A stretch of DNA of 64,000 bases, taken from assembly GCA_963764165.1 (NCBI GenBank), contig CAVXRD010000002.1, positions 1,472,001 through 1,536,000 on the forward strand, given 5' to 3'. Of the stretch, positions 9,965 through 19,409 are shown piece by piece. Under the pieces are notes generated by a model, which worked only from the letters and a program-made list of their open reading frames with translations, had not been told where the DNA came from and ran no database searches. The stretch comes from an uncultured Verrucomicrobiae bacterium. GTDB lineage: Bacteria > Verrucomicrobiota > Verrucomicrobiia > Limisphaerales > Palsa-1400. Both the position numbers and the translations under genes were made by a program. Within the stretch, counting starts at the first letter, position 1, and every line of letters begins with the position of its first letter.

Positions 9965-10644
9965 ATGAAGCGGCTCCCTGCATTTGACGAGAATAGAACA
10001 GCGAGATTGAGCTTCTTGAGGTGCGTCGCCGCGCGTGCCGTTTTGGCAATGCTCCAGTCGGTTGGTGGCGATGAATAAAATCGAAACGCGGCTGGAGCCC
10101 CTTCAACCACTTCCGCCAATAGCCATTCCTCAGCGTCAAAATCATCAAAGTAGGGATGCAGAAGCTGGCCACCTTTAGTTCCGCCGTAATACTCATGTTT
10201 CTCGCCCTGACACCAAGTGCAGGCGGGCACCAAATTGTTGGGGGTCACCGAGAAGATCGGGAAGTGGGTTTTCGGCAGGTAGTGGTCAAGCGTATTTACG
10301 GTCCCGATTCCACACAATGGACATCGTTGGTTCACCGGTAACGACATAATCCGGTCGTAGATCGGACGACCGGTTGAGTTTTTTGGCACCATTCTTCCAG
10401 TGTACACACCCACCATTTCAGGTCCCGAAACTCCTCCGACAACATCGTGACTACCTGTTTGAAAAAGCCGTGAAGCTGCCGCCTTAACCTCATAGTCCGC
10501 CGCTGCCGCTTCCACGTTCGGACGAACTGCTCGCAACTTCGCTCGAAGCGCCGGGTTCTTCACCATTGATACGCACGTATCAAAAACCTCGCCGGCTTCA
10601 AACGGCCTTGCATTCTCATCTGTCGGTCGCGAAAGAAATCTCAT
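9965..10644 (-). CDS. HNH endonuclease, Septu PtuB-like, probably 3'-truncated
   Basis: CPLC, TLDHYLPK, NLVPACTWCQ, LHPYFD; after SSNAGSR the frame runs on antisense into gmrSD to 9550. Confidence 0.75.
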
Positions 10645-10653
10645 AAAGACGGG

Positions 10654-12228
10654 TTACTCATCACCGCTGAGATACATACCTCGGAGAACAGCTTTGCCCT
10701 CTGCGCCAAGTTGTCCTTCGAGCCGGTTTAGTGCCGCGTCGTATGTGTCTACCTTTTGCCGCAGCTCACCCAAAAGCTGGTGATAGCCTGATTGTGCCAG
10801 TTCTAATTGAAACACTTCCCGACTAAGGATGCCAATACTCTCAGCAAATGTTTCCAGCGTTGGACGTTCGGCTTTAGAAGCCGTCAAGATACGATTCAAT
10901 ATCCAAACACAAGATTTGGGAACTTCTTGAAGAATCACTGGCGAGTGGGTCGCTACTATCGCCACACCATTACGCTTCACCATCAACTCGGAGATTGCAC
11001 GTGTCAGGGCCGACAATAGAGGTGGATGAAGGTGGGCTTCTGGTTCGTCGATAAGCACCAGCGTCTTCTCCTCAACCTTCTCCACAAGTCGAGTGAGCGT
11101 CAGAAGGACGATCTTGTGTCCCGAACTGAGCGCCTTAAAGGTCTTCAAGACCTCGTCGCGTTCTTCGGGCTTTGTCAAATTCTTCTCTATCATGGAGGAA
11201 AGCTGTGCCGCTTGGAAAACAGGATCGGACTGGAGAGTCGCAATAACGGCATTCCACCGCCGACGTCGAGACTCCATGCGGCACTCGCTCAAACTCTCAA
11301 CGAACTCTCGGGCAAGGAAAGAAGGGGATTTCGGTCTGACGGGCGTCGCCGGTGAGTCGTTGGTTCGCCGCAGGCCAATGTAGGAATATCCCATGCTATT
11401 CGGCCCACGCTTGCGTTCCGGCAGTAATTCAACCTCATCAAACGCACTGAATGATACGGCAACCAAATTGGCAAAAGTTTCACCCTGACCGTCAAGCCCG
11501 TTGAGCTCAAATTTACCGGACTGCCTCGCTGAGGCGTCCGTTGCTATCAATGCCTTCGCCATTAGGGAAAGAAGGCGCGTCTTACCAACCCCATTCCTGC
11601 CAATAAGAACATGAACGTTTGTTGGGATCGGTGACTCCGGGTTGACGGTAAAATCAAGTGCGAACGGTGGCGCACCATCTCCCAGGCGCTTGGGCGGAGA
11701 ATAAGTGAAATTGAATCTTGTTAGGCGAGCGTCACCATGCGCCATTCGGCGGAATTGTCCGACGACCGTGCTGCGAGTGACCGACCGCAATAGCGATTCT
11801 CCCATGACATCCTCACGTTCGGCCCATTGCCACCGGTCGCTGTCGAACGCAACATCACGAAGGGATGTGAGCACCTGTTCGCGAACTTCATCGCCTAACT
11901 CGCCTAATTTGGCGTAGAACTCGTCATCTTGTCCGATCGAAAAGAAGGAATCATCCAACTCCTCAAACGTTAAAGGCATATTCGGTTTGCGAAAACCAAC
12001 CTGCAACTGTGCTGCGGCTCCATGCGGCCTTAATCCACGTTCGCCTATTTTTACTTGACCGATACGGAACTGCGCTCCTTCAGGATTCACAATAGTCAGA
12101 TAAAACTGCGTACAGTACTTTCCCCAGTCGTCCCACCTATCGCGGTTCATAAATGCCGCCCAACCCAGGGATCCCACCGGGATTTCGGCGTATTGCCCAA
12201 TAATACGGAATGAAATTTGTATTGGCAT
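10654..12228 (-). CDS. ABC/AAA_21-type ATPase, Septu PtuA-like
   Basis: Walker A GRNGVGKT, signature LSSGH, Walker B LIDEPE, AHLHP, ATHS; 9 nt upstream of the HNH gene. Confidence 0.85.
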   Translation of the reverse strand: MPIQISFRIIGQYAEIPVGSLGWAAFMNRDRWDDWGKYCTQFYLTIVNPEGAQFRIGQVKIGERGLRPHGAAAQLQVGFRKPNMPLTFEELDDSFFSIGQDDEFYAKLGELGDEVREQVLTSLRDVAFDSDRWQWAEREDVMGESLLRSVTRSTVVGQFRRMAHGDARLTRFNFTYSPPKRLGDGAPPFALDFTVNPESPIPTNVHVLIGRNGVGKTRLLSLMAKALIATDASARQSGKFELNGLDGQGETFANLVAVSFSAFDEVELLPERKRGPNSMGYSYIGLRRTNDSPATPVRPKSPSFLAREFVESLSECRMESRRRRWNAVIATLQSDPVFQAAQLSSMIEKNLTKPEERDEVLKTFKALSSGHKIVLLTLTRLVEKVEEKTLVLIDEPEAHLHPPLLSALTRAISELMVKRNGVAIVATHSPVILQEVPKSCVWILNRILTASKAERPTLETFAESIGILSREVFQLELAQSGYHQLLGELRQKVDTYDAALNRLEGQLGAEGKAVLRGMYLSGDE

Positions 12229-12272
12229 TTGTAGCGACTCCTTCAGAGTAATCCAACTTGGCGCATTTTGAA

Positions 12273-13426
12273 TTAGCCTATTCCCAACTTTTCAAAAAAC
12301 GCCTTATGACGCCGTTTCGCATCAACGACGACCTTGTCGAAATGGAGAATCTCGGTATGGGCGTTGAGCGTTCGATTATACATGTAGTAGCCGAGCTCCC
12401 CTTTCAAACGCGCGTAATTTCCATTGTTTTCAGCGTATTCGTGGATGGCGCGCGTTATATCGCAAATTGCGTAGCAGTAAAAGCGAGTCGTTTCCCCGAC
12501 ATTAAGATCGCGTCCGTTTGGGAGCCGGATTTTCTTGTTCTCTTTGATCTCCCGAAGGTATCGGTAAAGCTGACGTGTCGGGTCTTCGTCGAACTTGGTT
12601 CGCTGCGGTTTCTTAAATTCGAGAATTGAAACAGCACGCGCAACCTTGTCTTCATCAACCTCAGCGAATGCGACGATATCTGGCCGCTCTCATGCGTGGC
12701 ATAAAGTTTAATATGGGCAAGCGAAAATTGTTGCTCTTCGATCCGCACTGTCTCTATGGTGATGTTGTTTTTGATGTCGCGGTCGAAGATATCATTGATT
12801 ACTAGCCGCTCGTTCTGGTCGCATACGGTAATCCTCGGAGCCATGCCAGATATAAAGTAAGAAAGACAGTGCTCCATGATGCGCTGCGCAATCTTGGCTG
12901 TCGTTTTATATGCGCTTGGGAGGCTCTGGTATTCTTTTTTGAATCCCCTCAACCCCACGACTGTTTTCACACCGTCTGAGGTTCTCGCGTGATCGTCTTC
13001 ATGAATGCCACCTTTCGTGGTAAAGGTAAACTTGCGCTTCATGGGTTGCTCATTCGTCGCATAAACGCTTTCGATGTCGACGCTCTCAAACGCCTTAAGC
13101 CACAGAAAGCGCCCCACTCCCTTGCCGCCAAGCGCCTGTTTGTGGATGGAATCGGACGTTTCGAACGAATCATAGTTCGCGTCATTGAAGCCGATTCCAT
13201 TGTCGGTTATGATAAAACCAGTGATTCTCGATTCGTCGATGCCACCCAGTATCCCTTGTGCTTCGCGAACCACACGAACATCGATTTCACCAAAAGCGAG
13301 GTTTCCGAGTTCTTCAATCGCTTGAATCGAATTAACAACGGCCTCAAATACGGGCAGCAGAGCCTCGCCTTTAAAATGCGGCAGATTTCGGACTTTCCCC
13401 TCAAGATTGGTTTTCAAATATTTCAT
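12273..13426 (-). pseudogene. GHKL (HATPase_c) ATPase fused to a PD-(D/E)xK nuclease, broken at ~12690
   Basis: N-part has FEAVVNSIQA, DNGIGF, GGKGVGR; another frame 12689..12273 encodes ERPDIV...ILEFKKP...DPTRQLYRY...AKRRHKAFFEKLGIG* with no start codon of its own. Confidence 0.8.
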
Positions 13427-13699
13427 GGCGTAATCGTTAGCGCCGGGATGGACCAGCTTCTAGAATTCGATTCCCGTGGCGCGCAGCCACCTCGAATTTG
13501 AGGCTTCCAATAACTCAGTCAAATATCAATCCGTTCTTGTACATAATAACGCCTCCACGGAGAAGCACCAGCGTTTGAAGAGGATGCGGTGGCTTTCCGC
13601 CGACCGCACGGAAAAATTCAATCGGCGGATTTGGCCGACGGGAGCCCGCGCTGAGCCGGGGTGAACGTTTAAATTCAGCCAGCACCCGTTCAGAAGAGA

Positions 13700-13729
13700 T
13701 GTTGCACTCTGTTGCAGTCTTGTTGCACT
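13700..13729. repeat. Three tandem TGTTGCA(C/G)T units
   Basis: TGTTGCACTC TGTTGCAGTC T TGTTGCACT. Confidence 0.7.
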
Positions 13730-13944
13730 AAATGGGTTCCCCAACGTTTTCAGTGGAAGGAACCATGGCCGACGCTTCCGAGATGAAAGCCCTGGGATGC
13801 CATGGAAGGCACCGTGTTTCATTCAATTGGCTCCAGTCGGAACGAATGTAGCGGGTTTGTGGCGGACATGCGGCGCCCAATGCAGGGTTCCTCCGCATTT
13901 TCAGTGGAATTCCCTCGCGATATTCCAGCTTGCGGCCCCCCCAC

Positions 13945-13974
13945 CCAATCCAACGGGAGTCCTGTTTGGATTGG
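13945..13974 (-). terminator. Hairpin downstream of sucD
   Basis: CCAATCCAA-N12-TTGGATTGG inverted repeat 11 nt past the sucD stop. Confidence 0.45.
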
Positions 13975-13985
13975 CGAAGTAAACT

Positions 13986-14885
13986 TCACATCATGGCCAG
14001 CAGCGTCGCGGCCATCTCAGACGGGGTCGCGGCGATGCCGATGCCTGCTTTCTTGAACGCCTCGATTTTCGCGGACGCTGTTCCCTTGCCGCCGCTGACA
14101 ATTGCGCCGGCGTGGCCCATGCGGCGTCCCGGAGGCGCGGTTGCGCCTGCGATAAATCCAGCCACCGGCTTGCGCCCGTGCGTTTGAATCCACTCGGCCG
14201 CTTCCTCTTCCGCCGAGCCGCCGATTTCGCCGATCATGATGATGCCGTGCGTTTCCGGGTCGTCATTGAACATTTTGATGATGTCGAGGTGCGACGTTCC
14301 GTTGACAGGATCGCCGCCAATGCCAACGCAAGTGGATTGGCCGACGCCGCGGCAGGTCAATTGCCAGACAGCTTCGTAAGTCAAAGTTCCGCTGCGCGAT
14401 ACCACGCCGATGTTTCCCTTTTTGTGAATGTATCCCGGCGCAATGCCGATGCGGCAGCCGCCGTGCGAATCCTTGCCTTCGCCCGGAGTGACAAGGCCGG
14501 GGCAATTCGGGCCGATCAAGCGTGTTTTTCCGCCGCGCATCGCCTCCTTCACCTTGATCATGTCTTTGACAGCAATGCCCTCGGTGATGCAAACAGCGAG
14601 ATCCAAACCGGCGTTGGCCGCTTCCAAAATCGCGTCGGCCGCGAAGGGAGGCGGCACAAAAATCGCCGAAACGGTGGCGCCAGTGTGCCGGGCGGCTTCG
14701 CCCACGGTGTCAAATACAGGAATTCTGTGGCTGCCGTGCTCGAACACCTGCCCGCCCTTTCCCGGCGTCACGCCCGCCACGATTTGCGTTCCGTAATCCA
14801 GCGAAAGCTGGGTGTGTTTTGCGCCAAAACTGCCGGTGATGCCTTGGACCAGGACCTTCGTATCGGGCTTAATCAGAATGGACAT
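13986..14885 (-). CDS. sucD: Succinyl-CoA ligase alpha subunit
   Basis: [42 protein letters not shown]. Confidence 0.97.
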   Translation of the reverse strand: MSILIKPDTKVLVQGITGSFGAKHTQLSLDYGTQIVAGVTPGKGGQVFEHGSHRIPVFDTVGEAARHTGATVSAIFVPPPFAADAILEAANAGLDLAVCITEGIAVKDMIKVKEAMRGGKTRLIGPNCPGLVTPGEGKDSHGGCRIGIAPGYIHKKGNIGVVSRSGTLTYEAVWQLTCRGVGQSTCVGIGGDPVNGTSHLDIIKMFNDDPETHGIIMIGEIGGSAEEEAAEWIQTHGRKPVAGFIAGATAPPGRRMGHAGAIVSGGKGTASAKIEAFKKAGIGIAATPSEMAATLLAMM

Positions 14886-14933
14886 ATTTAATTGAGAATG
14901 AAAAAAAAGTTTGCTGCTCTGCGAATCAAAAAG

Positions 14934-15296
14934 TTATTGCGCCGCTTTCCGTTTGTGAATCATGAGCTGGTTTCCATCCGGATCGGCGATCATGGCGAAC
15001 CAGCACACGGGCGATTCCGTTTTTTCCAGCGCAAATTTCACGCCCTTCGCTTTGAATTTCGCCACCTCTTCGTCGATGTCAGAGACCTCGAACGCAATTA
15101 CAGTGCCCTCGCTGGCCGGTTTCCAAACATCGCCGTAACAGCCAATGGCGAACGTTCCCGCGCCAAGCTCGTATTCCACCCACATTCCGCCTGCGGAAAT
15201 CATGCCGGGTTTCAGTCCCAGGATGCCTTCATAAAATTCGCGCGCGCGCGGCATGTCCGTTACCGGAGTTCCTGTGAATGCGATTTCAGTGATCAT
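14934..15296 (-). CDS. VOC/glyoxalase family protein
   Basis: PVTDMPRAREFYEGILGL and DPDGNQL motifs; AAAGGA Shine-Dalgarno upstream. Confidence 0.9.
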   Translation of the reverse strand: MITEIAFTGTPVTDMPRAREFYEGILGLKPGMISAGGMWVEYELGAGTFAIGCYGDVWKPASEGTVIAFEVSDIDEEVAKFKAKGVKFALEKTESPVCWFAMIADPDGNQLMIHKRKAAQ

Positions 15297-15419
15297 AATA
15301 TCCTTTCAATGGCGGCGCTTAACATAACAAGCCCGCCGCCCGTGGCAACTCTGGCGTAGCGCAGACTTCCAAAATCTTTTGTGCATGATATTTCGCGCAT
15401 CTCCCCTTACTGTGAGCGA

Positions 15420-16019
15420 ATGGCAGACTCATTACCCGATCCTCTGTGGAAAGAATACAGCGTCGTCTTTGAGAAGTTCGACGAGATGACGCTGGCGCGC
15501 TGGCTTGCCCAGACGCTGGGGCAATTGGAAGGGCGGGTTTGGCGTTTTTCTCATCCGCTCGTGGGCGCCTACCGCCTCGCGGCGGAGGTCGGGCATGACC
15601 GGCAAATCTGGCACAAGCGCCTGGCCACGGTTCCGGCTAATTTTTCCGAAGCGCCTTGCTGCCGGGCGCCGGTTCTGCCGCTTTTCAGCCGCGATGTTTT
15701 GCAGCGCGGACTCATCTGCCAGCATTGCTCGGAGACGCTCGTTGCGTTTGACGATCTGCCAGGCGATTTGCAGCCTTCGGTCCGCCAATGGGCCGAGGAT
15801 TATGGCCCCGTTCACGCCGTCGCCCACTGGGAAGATCGCCAGCGGCAAAGCGTGCCGGATTACGACCAGGCTTTCGATGACGCCGCAGAAGAAGCCGAGA
15901 AGTTGCTCGCCATCGCCGGAAATCAATTGATGCCGAAATTTCTGGATCACTTCCCAGCCATCGTTTGGGAGGACCAGGACGAATGCCTGGAAGTTCGCCC
16001 CGAGGATATTATCTATTAG
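15420..16019 (+). CDS. Hypothetical protein with Cys motifs (possible Zn binding)
   Basis: APCCRAP...LICQHC; first gene of a tight three-gene run. Confidence 0.7.
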   Translation: MADSLPDPLWKEYSVVFEKFDEMTLARWLAQTLGQLEGRVWRFSHPLVGAYRLAAEVGHDRQIWHKRLATVPANFSEAPCCRAPVLPLFSRDVLQRGLICQHCSETLVAFDDLPGDLQPSVRQWAEDYGPVHAVAHWEDRQRQSVPDYDQAFDDAAEEAEKLLAIAGNQLMPKFLDHFPAIVWEDQDECLEVRPEDIIY

Positions 16020-16028
16020 GCGACAACT

Positions 16029-16721
16029 ATGCGTCGTCTCTTCCGATGGGCTTTTCGACTGGCGCTGGTGCTCCTCGTTCTGACGGTGCTGGCGGCGGGG
16101 TCGGGAATTCTGTTGATGGACACGATTGCGCGCGAAGTCCTCGTGAGCCGGATTCGCAAGAAGACGGGGATGGATGTCAAAGTTTCCGCCGTCCACGTCG
16201 GCTTGATGTCGCCGACGATTAACATCGAGGGTTTGAAACTTTACAACCGCCCGGAATTTGGAGGCTCGCTCTGCCTCGACATGCCGGAACTGCACATCGA
16301 TTACGATCTGTCCGCGTTTCGCGCGCGCAAGCTGCACCTGACTATGGTGCGATTGGAGCTGGCTGAGCTTTCCGTTTTGCAAACGCGCGACGGACGGAAC
16401 AATTTCGATTATTTGCCGATGAAAACGCACGCGCCCGTGCCGCTGCCCGCCAAAAATGCTCACAGTCCCAGGAAATTCGAGTTCGTGGAAATCGACACGT
16501 TGAACGTGAGCCTGGGAAAATTTCGCATGAGCAACATCGCCACCGGGCGCGGCGAGGAAATCGATTTCAACATCAAGAACGAGATACTGCACCACGTCAA
16601 GAGCGAGGATGATCTGGCGTCTCTGGGAATCGCGGCGCTAAACCACGCCAAGGCCACCGAGGCGGACAGAAAGAATTCGGATTTGTCAAAGCTGCTGGAC
16701 GGTCTGGTGGAGGAACCTTGA
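16029..16721 (+). CDS. AsmA-like membrane-anchored protein
   Basis: N-terminal TM helix followed by beta-strand-rich domain and DGRNNF motif. Confidence 0.65.
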   Translation: MRRLFRWAFRLALVLLVLTVLAAGSGILLMDTIAREVLVSRIRKKTGMDVKVSAVHVGLMSPTINIEGLKLYNRPEFGGSLCLDMPELHIDYDLSAFRARKLHLTMVRLELAELSVLQTRDGRNNFDYLPMKTHAPVPLPAKNAHSPRKFEFVEIDTLNVSLGKFRMSNIATGRGEEIDFNIKNEILHHVKSEDDLASLGIAALNHAKATEADRKNSDLSKLLDGLVEEP

Positions 16722-16740
16722 CGGACATCAACGTCTCTTT

Positions 16741-17394
16741 GTGCCAAAGTGGTTGAAATTGTTGATCGGCCTGCTTCTGGCGCCGGTCTGCCTTGCAACG
16801 GCGCACGCGCTGTGGATCGTGATGGGCCAGGCCAAATCGGCAGATCGATTCTGGCTGCCGTTTTTCGCGGGAGCAGCTTCCTGGGTCGCGGTTTTTCTGC
16901 TTCTGCCAAAACCAATGTGGGCTTATGTGATGGGACACGAGGCAACGCACGTGGTTTGGACTTGGTTATTTGGCGGAAAGGTAAAGCGGTTCAAAGTGTC
17001 GTCGTCAGGCGGGCATGTGATTGTCACGAAGGATAATTTTCTGATTTCGCTCGCGCCATATTTTTTCCCGTTCTACGCCGCGATGCTCGTGCTCGTTTAT
17101 CTCTTCGGCGATTTGATTTGGAATTGGCACCGATATTATCAGCCGTGGTTTCACTTGCTGCTGGGCGCGGCTTATGCGTTTCACATCACGCTGACCATTG
17201 AAGTGCTGAAAGTGCGGCAGACTGACATCACGAGCCACGGCTATCTTTTTTCGACGGTCGTCATTTTTCTGGGCAACGCCCTGGTGCTCCTGGCAGCGGT
17301 GCCGTTGCTGACAGGGCACGACTTGTATTACGCGGCGCGCTGCTGGTTCGATTGCAATCACCAAATGTTCCACCGCGTGGCGAATTTGTTTTAG
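16741..17394 (+). CDS. M50-like membrane metallopeptidase
   Basis: Multi-TM; HExxH (GHEATH), GGHV, SLAPYFFP, later conserved Asp (QTD). Confidence 0.75.
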   Translation: MPKWLKLLIGLLLAPVCLATAHALWIVMGQAKSADRFWLPFFAGAASWVAVFLLLPKPMWAYVMGHEATHVVWTWLFGGKVKRFKVSSSGGHVIVTKDNFLISLAPYFFPFYAAMLVLVYLFGDLIWNWHRYYQPWFHLLLGAAYAFHITLTIEVLKVRQTDITSHGYLFSTVVIFLGNALVLLAAVPLLTGHDLYYAARCWFDCNHQMFHRVANLF

Positions 17395-17400
17395 CTTACC

Positions 17401-17583
17401 GGAACGGCAGATGCATTTGGGAGCGCGACCGTCCCGGTCGCTCTGTCCGGCGTCTCGCCGGACAGTCCAACAGCTTTTTGGCGATCACTGTTTGGTGGGA
17501 TGCCTTCGCGCGAAGAGTTTTCGGCGGGACGCCGAAAACAGCGGTCGAGACGACCGCGCTCCCAAATCCAACTGCATCATTCC
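17401..17583. repeat. Multi-hairpin palindromic REP-like element between convergent genes
   Basis: Terminal inverted repeats ATTTGGGAGCGCG / CGCGCTCCCAAAT; internal hairpins CTGTCCGGCG..CGCCGGACAG and GTTTTCGGCG..CGCCGAAAAC. Confidence 0.8.
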
Positions 17584-17586
17584 TGC

Positions 17587-18933
17587 TTACACCGACCACG
17601 GGCTGCGATATTCCCGCGTCAGCCAGTGCTTGTCACCAGTGTGGTCCACAAACTTGAACTTATACGGATCCCAGCGCAAATGCGCGTGGTGATAGTAACT
17701 CTGGTTAATCAGGTGGCAGCAAATCGCCGAGCGTCCGCCAACTTGTTCGTTTGTGCTCGGCTTCTTGCGGCTCTTCATGCAGGACAGAAAATCGGTGGCG
17801 TGCTGGTTGCTGACGTAAAGTTTGATCGGCGCGTCCTTCAAATACATCTGCTCGGCTTTTTTCACTTCCGCGGCGCACGTGGTATCTTCGGTGTTTTGCC
17901 CTTCTTTTTTCGTGTCGAGAAATTGCGCGATGGTCTTGCCGTCCACGATAACCACAAATTTGCCGCGGTTGACTTGAACCTCCCCGTCCGTGCCAAAAAA
18001 ATCGACGCCGAATCCGTCCTTGTGCTCGACCGTGACGCCGTTGGCGTAAACGAGTGTCGCGCCGCGTTTCGCATTTGGATCCCAGGGCGGGACGACTTCG
18101 ACCGGGCCGGCCTCGTCCATGCCAAGGCCCCATTGCGCGATGTCGAGATGGTGAGCGCCCCAGTCGCCGACCGCGCCGCTGCCGTATTCCTTGTAAAGCC
18201 GCCAATCCGGGAAGCCTTGATGCACGCCGCGCGGGCTCAATATCGAATTGTAGCCGCGAAATGGCGCCGGGCCGCACCACATATCCCAATCGAGGCCCGG
18301 CTCCATCGCTTCCTCGGGCAAATCACACGGGCGGCCGGGATCGCCAAAGCTGCATTCGACGCGCTCGATTTTTCCGATGACTCCGTTGCGCACCAATTCG
18401 CACGCGATGCGAAATTCCTTCATCGAGCGCTGCATGGAGCCGGTCTGCAAAATCCGCTTGTGCGAATGGACCGTTTTCATCACTTCCACCGCCTCGTGAA
18501 TGTTGTGGGTCAAAGGCTTCTCGCAGTAAACATCCTTGCCCGAGCGCAACGCCGCCAAAGTCACGACGGCGTGCCAATGATCCGGCGTCGCCACGACGAC
18601 CGCATCAATGTCTTTGCGGGCGATCAATTCGCGAAACTGGCCGTAAACTGCGCAATCATTGTTTTTGTAATGTTTGTTGACCTCATTGCGTCCATTTTCA
18701 CGCCGCGTCGTGTCCACATCGCACACCGCCAGAACCTTGGTATTCTTATGCCCCAGAAAATTGCCAAGAAGGCCGCGCCCTTGCGTCCCCACACCCACGA
18801 AACCCAATGTGATTTTCTCGCTGGGCGCTGGATCGGCGGCCCAGATTTGCGACGGCAGAATAAACGGCGCCGCCGCGGTGAGGGAGGCGGTTCGCAAAAA
18901 GTGCCTGCGTGTAAACGAATTTTTCGATTTCAT
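17587..18933 (-). CDS. Gfo/Idh/MocA oxidoreductase with Tat signal
   Basis: TRRHFL Tat motif, GVGTQG, VATPDHWH, YCEKP, DWGAHHLD. Confidence 0.93.
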   Translation of the reverse strand: MKSKNSFTRRHFLRTASLTAAAPFILPSQIWAADPAPSEKITLGFVGVGTQGRGLLGNFLGHKNTKVLAVCDVDTTRRENGRNEVNKHYKNNDCAVYGQFRELIARKDIDAVVVATPDHWHAVVTLAALRSGKDVYCEKPLTHNIHEAVEVMKTVHSHKRILQTGSMQRSMKEFRIACELVRNGVIGKIERVECSFGDPGRPCDLPEEAMEPGLDWDMWCGPAPFRGYNSILSPRGVHQGFPDWRLYKEYGSGAVGDWGAHHLDIAQWGLGMDEAGPVEVVPPWDPNAKRGATLVYANGVTVEHKDGFGVDFFGTDGEVQVNRGKFVVIVDGKTIAQFLDTKKEGQNTEDTTCAAEVKKAEQMYLKDAPIKLYVSNQHATDFLSCMKSRKKPSTNEQVGGRSAICCHLINQSYYHHAHLRWDPYKFKFVDHTGDKHWLTREYRSPWSV

Positions 18934-19282
18934 GGCGTCGTGCGTGATGGCGGCATCCTCGGTCAGTTCTGTTCCAAGGACAAGCTGATTAATATGAGGT
19001 TAATGGAGTCCAATGAATTATCCGACTCCCGAAGTCGGAATTTATTCATTTTCAGGGCCGCGAATGCGGGCTGACGATTGGCGACTCCAGCCGAGCCATC
19101 TTTTCAGAATAATGGAGAGCCATTCTTATGAAGTTTTTAACGGATAAGCAGGATTAAGCATGGTAACACTTTGGCAAGCTGGCATGAGTTCTGATAATAG
19201 TTTAGCCTTGAGGGAGCCAGCGCGTGCTTCGTCCTGCATGCAACGAATTGCGGTGTAATGCTTTGCATTGTTTTTGCCTAAG

Positions 19283-19311
19283 TTGACGAAACCCGCAGCC
19301 CTTAGTAGTAT
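19283..19311 (+). promoter_or_regulatory. Sigma70-type promoter of korAB
   Basis: TTGACG-N17-TAGTAT about 100 nt upstream of the start. Confidence 0.65.
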
Positions 19312-19409
19312 GTCGGCGTGCTCCTAACATCAACAGCACGTCGGCGGTGTCGGTGCCACGGCCTCGCGGCGACAATGGGCAGCCATTAGATTTAATCTTG
19401 GAGTTTAAC

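Noticed and set aside
13530..13560. dif/Xer-like site (TTATGTACAAG on the minus strand)
   Set aside because: No matching XerC arm at 6-bp spacing
9550..13980. Retron (type I-A) upstream of the ATPase/HNH pair
   Set aside because: No reverse transcriptase motif and no recognisable msr-msd inverted repeats
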